Below are positions 11,101-20,000 of a DNA stretch of 20,000 nt, in pieces. How positions within the stretch are numbered: the first letter of the stretch is position 1; each line of letters starts with the position of its first letter. Origin of the DNA: Reclinomonas americana ATCC 50394 (lineage: Eukaryota); contig PS015421.1 in assembly GCA_048213135.1 (NCBI GenBank), positions 57,669 to 77,668 of the forward strand. The letters are read 5' to 3'. The position numbers and the translations under genes were made by a program. The notes beneath the pieces are model-generated. The model saw only the letters and a program-made list of their open reading frames with translations. It ran no database searches and was not told where the DNA came from.

Positions 11101-12385
11101 TGCGCTGCTCGCTTCCCCCGCCGGTGTGTGTCTCTTCTCGCTGGATGCCCTTTCGGCCACTTCTATCCTTCTCCGGCTCTAATTCCGCACCACTCATGTC
11201 GCCACACACTCCCCCTCTCTGCCTCCTCTCTTTTCTCCCATGCTCCTCAATGCTCTTTTCGATGCCTGTTTGGCGAAAGCTGGCAACAGTAGTGGAGACT
11301 AGTTTACCAACAAACAGTCGCACTTCATGTCGGGCGTGCCCCGCCACTGCACGTACGAGCAGGAGCGTCGCGTGGAGAGTGCAGAAGTGGGAGGCGCACT
11401 CGCGCTACATGTGGTGACGCAGTAGAAGGAAGAGGAGATCATGCATCTCTTCATGAGAGAGAGAGAGACGGTTGTTCTCTTTGAGAAGGAGACTGTCTTG
11501 TGAGATAGAGTGATTCTCAGGTGAGAGATGTGACACGCATCTCTTTGTCAACAAGAGTGAATAGTGCTCTCAGAAAGAGACTCTTTTGCGCCAGTAGAAA
11601 AGTGAGATACCGGCAATGACCGGCAATGCCGCACTTTTTTTCTTTTCGTTGTTGTTTTCAGTCCCTCGTGGGAAGAATGGCGATCGAGTGGGTGATTGCC
11701 ATGGCTGACCACACTCTCGGTGTTGCTTGCGTGCAGGTACCCGGCCATGAAGGCCAAGTACGGCGACGAGTTTAGCTACGAGAAATGTCCGCGGGCACTT
11801 ATTTTTGCGCGCGACCACGCGGCCGTCGTCGACCGCCAGAGCTTCCGCGCCATCATGCGGTACAATGACTACACCAAGGTTTTGTGGAGGGGCACAGATG
11901 AAGGAGGGCCTCCAAGTGTTGTTGGTCCAAACTGAAAATAGTATTATCATCATTGTAGGATCCGCTGTCGGGCAACGATCCGCTGAATGCGGTGGCCTCG
12001 CGCGGTGACCTGATTGTGCGCTCCAAGGACGACAAGCCCGTGGCCTTTGGAGCGATTGACGCCAAGAGTTACGTTTCGCGTGGGAGGGTACGAGAGAAAC
12101 AGCAAAAGCCAGCCCGCAGAGATCGCCTTTCGGCAGTTTCAATTTGCTGTCGTTTGGTCGCTGGCTGCCACACTCACTGCCTGCACTCCTGCGTGTGTTG
12201 CGTTAGTTAACGACGCCGTAAGTTTGGCCTCGGGGCATCCGGTTGTGGACGTTATATCAGGGCCGACGCACGAGTCGCTGCCGGCATTTGCCTGGAAGGA
12301 ACGCGACGGCATTTTTATGGAGGTGCCGCATGAGGGGCAGCCGGAGGTGTTCAATTTTGACTGGGTGCAGGGTGTGATGGAGTGA
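7811..12385 (+). CDS. PLBD: Phospholipase B-like protein (PLBD1/PLBD2 family, Ntn hydrolase) with signal peptide
   Basis: 16 exons: 7811-7910, 8499-8697, 8770-8957, 9021-9112, 9178-9336, 9402-9517, 9608-9667, 10079-10195, 10275-10316, 10422-10440, 10531-10625, 10706-10757, 10854-10888, 11737-11878, 11959-12067, 12207-12385. Signal peptide MPRGALVVVLLVLVVVQCVCA. Family motifs: TGWGRL, AGFLES, DCSGLVR (nucleophile Cys), GHATW, FSSYPG..STDDFY, IETTN, NSGTYNNQY, EQIPG, SYNIPY, PRALIFARD, MRYNDY..DP, SRGDL, FGAIDAK, ISGPT, HEGQPEVFNF. Confidence 0.95.
7965..8497. repeat. Compound (GA)n/(CA)n/(CT)n microsatellites and polypyrimidine tract in PLBD intron 1
   Basis: Seen directly. Confidence 0.9.
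9691..10035. other. Assembly gap (345 N) inside a PLBD intron
   Basis: N run. Flanking exons join in frame as DDFYTTAN-KLTIIETTN, so no coding sequence appears to be missing. Confidence 0.95.
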
Positions 12386-14324
12386 GTGAAGGAGAAGGAG
12401 ACGAGGACGGCGATGCCCAAATGCGTAGCCGCGGGAATTGGTCGTCTTTCGCCAAGGTCCTCTGCAAACGTCAATATCAACGGCGGCGCCTGTATGCGCG
12501 CTGTGCACATATTCGAAACCGTTACCACACAGCAGCGCGAGAGAAGGGTGAGAAGCATCGCCTGCAGCGTCGATGTCCGTAGATGATGTTCGAACCGAAC
12601 AAGAGACGCACTCATTCTTCTTTGTTTCTAGCACCTCGCGCAAAGAAAAGATCCCTTCTCACCCCCCTCGGTGACGAGGCACGCACGACGCACACATGCG
12701 CCCACTGCTCAATCAAAACGCATCTGCGGTGCGTGTGAGAGAATTTCTCTTTTTTTCACTCCGCATCTCAACCAGTCATTGACAAATATGGGCAATGTGC
12801 ACGAATCACACACGCAACAGAGCGAAACACTATCCGCATATACGCTTGCCGCTATGCCTCCATGCTCCTCTCCGCATCTGCGCGCACGTGTGTGTCTTTG
12901 TGGTCGCAATTATTGTCCGAACATTCATTGAGGTAATTTATTTTCAAAGTGTGTCGGAGAGAGCAAGCAAACACCACTCGCTTCGCCGAGTGCCTTTTTG
13001 CGCAAAAACACAAACAAACAGAGGTGAGTGTGTGTTTGAAACGAAGAGGAGGCAGAGGCAGTGTGTGAGAGAGAGAGAGAGTGAGTGAGTGAGAGTGCAT
13101 GTAGATATAATCACCACATGCTGTTCTCGTGTTTGATTGCTGTGCGATATGTGCGATCGGTGTTGTGTGTGAGCGGCAAAGAGAGAGTTAATTACCAGAG
13201 CGCGCTCTCTCTCTCTCGCTCGCTCTTGTGCGGTGTGTGTGTGTGAGTGGGGGGTTGTGTGCATGCGCGCGTGTCAGGAAACAATGAGTGATTATCATCT
13301 CCGTGTCGCACAAGACGGTTTTTGTATCTCTCTCGTATCGTCCTTGCTATGTGTGTGTGTGTGTGAGAGTGTGTGTGCGTGTGTGTGTTGAAAGGGAGAA
13401 TGTAGGAGGTTACTTTTTTGTGCCCTCTCGAGAAACATCGGCGAAAACACGTACACGCGCAGAAACGACAGCGAATCCTGCATTTCAATCTTCTCTGCTC
13501 TCTCGTCGGCTCTCATGTGCGTGTGTGGCAGTGTGCACAGTGGTGTTAGAACATTCCGTCCGTTCCTCTCTACATGTTTGCATGTTTGTGTGGAAAGGGG
13601 AAGAGGCGCGTCGATTGCAAATTTGCCTTTTTTGGCAGCGCTGGTCTTTGAGTTGAAAGTTGAAATCTGTGTTTTGATTTTGTTTTTTCTTCAGCACACA
13701 CACGCGCACACACATCTATACACTTTCGCCTGTTTGCACGTTTCATTGCATTCTCGCGCGCTGCTGCCAGTGATTGCCAGCGCCCTTTTCGTTGATTATT
13801 TATTAGGACATACCGTTGAGGCTTGAGGGGCGCTGGTGCTTGCAATTGTCTTTGTAGTAGTCGTGCTGGGTGTGTGTGTGTGTATGTGTGAGTGAGTGAG
13901 TGGAGGCAGTTAGTGACTGATTTACGTCGTGTCCACTAGAAACCGCTAGATTCTTTTTTTCCTCTGTCGGCGACGATGGTGGTGTGAAAGCGAAAACAGT
14001 TGTAAATACACAATGAGGCGTCGCACTTGGCACATATGTGTGCACGAGCTTAATCGTTTGTGTGGAGGGGGAGGTATGGAGAGCGCAGAGTGTAAGCAGC
14101 AGCAGCGCGGAGTCGCCTGCAGCCCGTTGGGGACACGCCTCATTGGCATTTGTTCGCTCCTTTTTCTCTCTTTCCTTTTTTCTTTTCTTTCCTTCTGCGT
14201 GAGAGCACGCAGTGCCTGACAGAAAGAGTTGCCGCGACATGCATGCAATGTACAGTGTGTGTATGCATGACTGACACTCTCTCTATGCGCGCTGTGTGCA
14301 GTCCTTCTGGCCTGCAACACACAC

Positions 14325-16152
14325 ATGCAACACGTGGCGATGATGCCCCAACACCGCCACCTGTCTTCGTCGTCGACCACTTCGCTGACGTCGGTGGTCG
14401 TCTCCTCGCCTGTCTCCGCCTCCACCACTCCCACTCCACCTGCAACTGCGCCAGCGGCCGCCGGCAGTGGTGCAGAAGACGGCGCATCACCCTCATTGAC
14501 ATTTGTGCAAGAAACAGGTCGCCATCGGCGGACCAAGATTCGTTTCACCCCCGCGGAGCTGCAATACCTGACCCATTTCTACGACAATGTTGCGTAACAC
14601 CACCACTACACATCCTGCATCTTGCCTGTTGCATCGCGGGGATGACACGTGCTGTGCGCAACGTCTCTTCTGCTGCTGCTGCTGCACTTCATCTTGTCTC
14701 GAGATTCTCACAAATGCGAACACACCAGGTTTCACGCAAGCCAACTGTGCAGCAACTTGAGCAAGTGGCCAGTCGCCTTCCGCGCCAAATACCTGTACAC
14801 AACCTGCGCATCTACTTTCAGAACAAGCGGTAACTTTTTTTCGTGTCGCTGCTCTCCCCAGGACCTTGTTTCATACTAATTGAATATTCCCACACATCAG
14901 TGCGCAAGAGCAACGGATGTTGAGGCAATTGGCCGCCGAGACCGGCGGCAACTGTGTGGTTGCGAGCAGAAAGGCCGCAGCACCGTCCCGCTCCATGTCG
15001 CCGGCGTCGCCGAACGATGCAGCCGCCGACCACGACTGCTGCATTTCGTCGTCGCGGTCTTCGCCGGATTTGTTTCGCCTGGCTCCCACTGCAGCTGCAG
15101 CGGCGGCAGCAGCCGCGGCGGCCGCATTATTGTCACCGCCTCCACCACCACCGCCACCATCGTCGTCTACGAAAACGACCGTGAAGCAGCAGCAGCAACG
15201 ACAACCATTCCATCGGCTGCAGCAGTCGCCGCCGACTGCATCGCAGCCACCACTGGTGCTGAGTGGCGGCAAACTGAAACAGCAACAGCCGCAACGACAG
15301 CACCGGCCAGGCGATGTGGCTGCCGCCTCCGCTGCACCGAAGCGCGTAGACCCGAAACCCGTCGTCGATCTCTCCGACCTGGACGTGCTGGCCGGCGCCG
15401 CCATGTACATGTCCCCGAAACCGTCGCCGGCGATGACACCGACAGTGGCAGCGGTGACGAGGACAACGACACCACCAACAATAACGACGCCGACTGCGAC
15501 GCGCGCGCCAGTGCCCCTGCCTGTTCCCGCTCTCGCCCTCACCAAGCCAGCCCTCGCTGCCACCGCTGCCACTGCGGCGGCGCCAGTGGTCGACTCCATC
15601 GCCAAGACGTTGCTGGCGGCGACCAGCAAGCCGGCACCACCAGTAGCACTGACACGACGAGAGTCGCCGTTCTCGCTGCTCAACTTCCCACCAGTCGACG
15701 TGATGCCAGTTGTGCCAACCGCGCGTCACGTGTCGCTCCACGACGTAATCAACCCGCCATCGCCACTCCGACTGGCACCTCCTCCACCACTGTCGGCATC
15801 ATCGGCACCACCGCAGTCGGCAGCCGCGGCCCCTCGCGATCGGTTACCGCAAATTCGTGAGCGCGACGATCAGAGTCCGCCCACCAAGCGCCAAAAGACG
15901 GCGGCGAACCAGGTGCTGCGTGGTGGCATTGCGTGGATGCTGGACAATGACGATGAGGAGGAGAACAATGACGACAAGGGCGATGCCAGCGAGGAGTACG
16001 TGAGCGAGGGCAGCGACAGCCACAGTGCACCTGCACAGAGCGATCATCGATGTGCGCCTGTAAGAGCCTCGTGGTCCCCGCTCTCTCGAGCGCAGGCCGA
16101 GCGCGACCAGCTGCTGGTGCGCAAGCGGCTGCGCGATCAGATGGAAAGGTGA
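14325..16152 (+). CDS. Atypical homeodomain transcription factor with long Ala/Pro/Gln-rich C-terminal region
   Basis: Exons 14325-14588, 14729-14829, 14901-16152 give RRTKIRFTPAELQYLTHFYDNVSRKPTVQQLEQVASRLPRQIPVHNLRIYFQNKRAQEQR, with homeodomain residues F8, L13, L16, P26 and FQNKR. The start codon is uncertain (14325 or 14340, or an upstream exon). Confidence 0.85.
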
Positions 16153-16372
16153 CGAGCGCGTAGATCGATCGCCTCTTCCTCCCCCTAAACGGCTGCCCCT
16201 ACTTTCTTTGTCTCGCCACCATAACCTCAAAGTCTCCCCCAATCTCTGTATCTTACGATCTGTATACCACAATGTCTGTCGCTCGCTGTCTACCGCCAAT
16301 AATAAATCGCTGGGTGGCGATACTGTCTTGCCAAACTACGTCATGTGTGTGTACACAAAGTGTTGTACATTC

Positions 16373-17982
16373 TCACGACGACGACGACGACGACGCCCCT
16401 TCCTCGCTGCCACCGAAATTGAGAAGGCGAGGCTGGAAAATGCGCAGAAACTCTTCGGTGTTGACGCGCTGCCGACAACGAGTGAGCAACGCAGCGAGAG
16501 CCACTTGCCAATGCAGTGAAGGCACTCACCATCTTGAGATCGACCTCGCCGGCACCGAGGTAGAAGAACGGCAACGCGGCCACTGCCTCCGACAGGATGA
16601 CCGGAATGCGACTGCGCAAGCCGACAGGGCACACTGCGACAAGCAGCAATGATCAACACGAGCTCTGGGGAGGAAGAATACATGACTGCTCTGCAGCACA
16701 CCTGCGTTGCGAATGTATCCCGAAAGCGTGGCTGCAGTCTGTGCAAGTCGTGATGAGGAGACAAGTCGCGCGACGGTAAAAAAACAGCTGTCTCTTGCTC
16801 TTGTATTCTCTTCTGCTTGCTCTCTACTTTAATCTCCGTCGCTTTCTCAGTCTCACGCATCTCTCTTCCTTTCTTTCTCTTGTACTCGCTCTTGCTCTCA
16901 TTATCATGTACATCCCGTGCCTCTTGTGCATTGCTCTCGTTCTCTTCTGCTTGCTCTCTACTCTCATGTCCGTTGCTTTCTCACTCTCGCACATCTCTCT
17001 TCCTTTCTTCGTTCTCTTGTTCTCGCCCTCGCTCTCGTTTCTCTTGTGCATCGCCCTGTACTTTCTTGTCCATCGTTTTCTCACTCTCTCGCTCTCTCTC
17101 TCTCTCGCACATCTCTCTTCCCTTCCTCTTTCTCGCAGTCTCTCTCATCGTGCATCGCTGTCTCTTGCGCTGCCAACCTCCTCCGCCACCAGCCGGAAGG
17201 TGAAGCCACTCTTGCCGCGATTGTTGAGCTGCCCAAAGTGCCGCGCCATCCTATCCGTGTCCATCTGTCGAGCACAGTGAGCGCACAATGACCGTGCTGC
17301 GGGCGGAACAACAACAGCACACCTTGCCACTGTACTGCACCACAACCAAAATGAACGGCGGATCACGCTCCTCGTCGTCGGACTTGCGCAGCACATTGCC
17401 ACTGCTGTCGACCAATCGCGTGTTGTGCATCACCACCGACTTGCACAAATAGTGCACCGTGGGAGCGCCTGCGGGGCGATCGATCAGCGTAAGGAACAAG
17501 CACAGAAACTGACAGCGAAACGCACCGAGCAAACGAGCTCGTTCCTCCAATGGTCGATCGTAATAGTCGGCAGGCACACGATAGAACGCCAGACTACGCA
17601 CTCACGCCCGTGCATATGAGCACGCGCGATTAACAAGAAGACAGACTCTGTCGAGCATGATGCAACTGTCGACGCAATCCGCATGCCTCGCACGCAGCGA
17701 CCAGATCGCCTCCGCATCCATCGCGCACCGATCCGCGGACGACACTCAGTGACACAAACGAAGGCGCCACGTGTGCTCCCTCATCGTCTTCAGCATGCAC
17801 AACAACCTCTTTCTTCTCTTCCTCTTCCTCGTTGGTGTGCACAATGTCATCAGCAATCACGGAGGCCTGCAGTCGCCGAGCGCGCGCAAGTAACGCGTCC
17901 ACACTGTGTATGAGTGCTGAGTGAGACAAGGCGTGAGGCACCACGGAGCAGTGAGCAAAGACCGATGCTCCAAGTCGTGCAT
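16373..17982 (-). CDS. YbaK/prolyl-tRNA synthetase-associated (tRNA editing) domain protein, eukaryotic plant/protist type
   Basis: Exons 17982-17963, 17903-17667, 17593-17526, 17468-17323, 17264-17178, 16738-16702, 16633-16530, 16468-16373. Motifs: FYRVPADYYDRPLEERARLLGAPTVHYLCKSVVMHNT, FILVVVQY, FTFRLVAEETAATLSGYIRNAVCPVGL, IPVILSEAV, FFYLGAGEVDLKM. Confidence 0.88.
16790..17150. repeat. Degenerate ~120-135 bp tandem repeat (about 3 copies) in a YbaK intron
   Basis: CATCTCTCTTCC recurs at ~16858, ~16992 and ~17110; CTTCTGCTTGCTCTCTACT at ~16810 and ~16944; CTCTTGTGCAT at 16921 and 17041. Confidence 0.7.
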
Positions 17983-18018
17983 GTGAGAACGAATGTCCTT
18001 CTATGTCCTCCAACGAGA
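17983..18018. promoter_or_regulatory. Putative minimal bidirectional promoter between the YbaK and SDR start codons
   Basis: 36 bp between divergent ATGs; contains ATGTCCT twice (17993, 18003), 10 bp apart. Confidence 0.5.
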
Positions 18019-19034
18019 ATGGCTGCAGCTGCGGGTGCCAGTGCTGCTCTCGCACTCGATCAAGGCGTTGTGCTGGTCACTGGTGCAGCATCGGGCATTG
18101 GTCGCGCACTGGCCGCACATGCTGCCACTGGTCTGCTCTTGCCTCTCTCTCTCTTCCGCCCTCTCTCTCACTCACTGACTCCACAGTGGAGCACTGCAAG
18201 GCACTGGTGCTTGCCGATCGCGACAGCGAGGGAGTGGCCGCCGTGCAACGCGAGCTGAGTGAGAGCAGCACGACGATTGTCAGCAGTGTAGTGTGCGACC
18301 TGTGCGTGTCCGACGATGTGCGTCGCATGGCGGAGCACGTGCAGCACGTGTGCAGTGAGCACAGTGATGGAGCGCTGTCGGCCATGTTCCTCAATGCCGG
18401 CATTGCGGGTCGATCGGCCGGCACTGCGCCGACGTGGATGACCAGTGAGGAGGAGTGGGCGGGGGTGCTGGGCGTGAATCTGTTGGCAGCCACGCGTTGT
18501 GTGCGACTGCTGTTGCCGGCGATGCTGCAGGCGAAACGGCGAGCGCATGTGGTGTGCACGTGTTCGCATTCGTCCGTGTCGACTGGCTTGCCCCTGGCCG
18601 CGCCTTACTCGGCCTCCAAGCACGCCATTCTGTCGTTTGTGGAGTCGCTGTCGCGCGAGTTGGAGCTGACGGGCCATGGGGCGCTGGTGGGCGTGTCGGC
18701 GTTGATGCCCGACTGGGTGGCCAGCACGGCGCTGTTGCGCGATCAGCTGCAGAATCCGCGGTTTCCGCCCGACATGGCCGCCGCCATTCAGAGTGGCTCC
18801 ATTCCGGCTGCCGAGTGTGCCCGGCTCGCCTTTGAGGGCATGCACGAGCGACGCGTGTACATTTTCACGCAGCCGGCCACCACACGGCGCGAGTTGCGCG
18901 CGCGGGTCGATGCGCTGCTGCAAGCGCTCGACGAGGCCGCCAACAAGTCCGCGCCGACACCGCCAGACAAGCCCCGTGATCGAGGAGACGGTGGCGGCGA
19001 CGATCAAGGCCCCACCACAACAGTCGAGGAGTGA
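18019..19034 (+). CDS. Short-chain dehydrogenase/reductase (classical SDR)
   Basis: Exons 18019-18130 and 18187-19034. It has the Rossmann motif VLVTGAASGIG, the NAG motif (FLNAGI), WAGVLGVNL and the catalytic YSASK. Confidence 0.92.
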
Positions 19035-19098
19035 ACGCAAGGAGTTACTAAACAAAGTCACTTCTGTACTACTAAAACAATAGGAGTCTCTTTTTTTT

Positions 19099-19973
19099 CT
19101 ACTTGTCACGCCGACCGACTCGCCGGTACGACGGCCCTGCACGACCACTACGAGAGCCACCATCACCACCACCACCACCACCGGCAGTCATGTCAATCAC
19201 TGCCGTCGGCTCCTGCGGCCATTGCACCTCGGCAGTGGACAAAGACGCCTTTGCCTTCCCCTTTGCACCCTCGTCACCGTCGTCGTCGTCGTCATCGGAA
19301 AAGTCATTGGTTTCCAAGCGCGCCAGGTACGACTTGGGCGGCGCCACCAGCGTCGGCTGCAGCGACGTCGGGAAGCGTTCCTCGACTACGCGACACCAGT
19401 GAGTCACACACACACACGCACGCAGCAACACGGGGGGAGTGCGCACGAAACATGTCTCCGATCGCTTGGCAGCTGTCGCATCGACGCGATTGCAGCGAAT
19501 GATAAACAGCACCGTCTCCATGAGCAGACCGAGCACTGCACCAGCCAAGCCGACCATGGCCGACTGCGATGACTGAGTGTCACCAGTCGTCGCGCATGTA
19601 TGTAAAGGAATAACTCGTTACCTTGGTGCTATCGCCTCCAAAGATGCCGCTAAACGCCACCGAAAAGGCAATGTAGAGGCCGCCCATCATCACAATGGTG
19701 TTGAGGCCGACGCCCACCTGCTCTCGCGTCTGCACGTAGCCCTCGCGCTCGCGCTCCACCTTCTCCTCGTGCGTCGTCACATTGGAGACCAGTCGGTTGT
19801 ACTCTCGCTGCTCCACCAGTCGTCGCAGCTTGTCTGTGCGCTGGGCATAGTCTGGCGACTGTGCACGCGAGTGAGAGAGAGAGGAGAAGAGAGAGGAAAG
19901 AGAAGAGAGAGAGAGAGCGCGCAACTGGTGTGTACTGTGCGCGCACTGGGCGACGCACAAGCAGTGTTGTTCC
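19099..19973 (-). CDS. VMA12: VMA12/TMEM199-like ER V-ATPase assembly factor (5' part outside the window)
   Basis: Exons 19973-19926, 19858-19622, 19563-19452, 19385-19099. Translation GTTLLVRRP..SPDYAQRTDKLRRLVEQREYNRLVSNV..EQVGVGLNTIVMMGGLYIAF..MVGLAGAVLGLLMETVLFIIR shows the EY motif, two TM helices and the E-x-x-L-F-I-I-R pattern recognised from Vma12. Confidence 0.8.
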
Positions 19974-20000
19974 CTGCAACAGCACATGCAGTGGAAGGCA

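Noticed and set aside
12386-14324. Short ORFs in the long intergenic region
   Set aside because: Dominated by (TG)n/(GA)n repeats and T-runs, with no recognisable domain or consistent exon chain.
16795-17280. 161-aa hydrophobic ORF resembling a membrane protein
   Set aside because: Translation of a CT-rich repeat antisense to a YbaK intron and exon.
18003-18186. Cys-rich N-terminus of the 343-aa ORF
   Set aside because: It lacks the TGxxxGxG motif, which is in another frame and is joined by intron 18131-18186.
2064-19925. GTTGCG introns as an Introner/transposon-derived family
   Set aside because: Beyond the first 6-7 nt the introns show no shared internal sequence, fixed length, terminal inverted repeats or consistent target duplications that I could see.
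2064-19925. GTTGCG introns as U12 (minor spliceosome) introns
   Set aside because: They do not match RTATCCTT donors or the TCCTTAAC branch site; branch-like motifs are ordinary CTCAC/CTGAC and acceptors are YAG.
132-19973. Alternative genetic code or stop-codon readthrough
   Set aside because: All conserved domains reconstruct with GT-AG introns and no in-frame stops; TGA and TAG terminate genes normally.
1-20000. CRISPR arrays, tRNA/rRNA genes, prokaryotic systems
   Set aside because: Eukaryotic spliced gene region; no spaced direct repeats or recognisable structural RNA genes were seen.

Overview
This is eukaryotic, GC-rich, intron-dense genomic DNA from an unidentified protist-like organism, using the standard genetic code. 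It has three assembly gaps and many microsatellite and polypyrimidine tracts. Seven spliced genes were reconstructed by hand: (1) a 5'-truncated coiled-coil/low-complexity protein with a C2HC zinc finger (+); (2) a cAMP-receptor-like 7TM protein fused to a C-terminal RGS domain, whose halves lie on opposite strands across a gap (probable contig mis-orientation); (3) a secreted phospholipase B-like Ntn hydrolase (+); (4) an atypical homeodomain protein (+); (5) a YbaK/ProX-domain protein (-); (6) a short-chain dehydrogenase (+), head-to-head with gene 5 with only 36 bp between ATGs; (7) a 5'-truncated VMA12/TMEM199 (-). The strongest signal is in the splice sites. Of 50 reconstructed donors, 14 are GTTGCG and 3 are one-mismatch variants. 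All 17 lack the near-universal +5G and lack G at exon position -1, while none of the 31 donors with -1G has this motif. This suggests a major second class of 5' splice site, read either in a +1-shifted/bulged register or by a divergent snRNA. All gene models are manual and lack transcript support.
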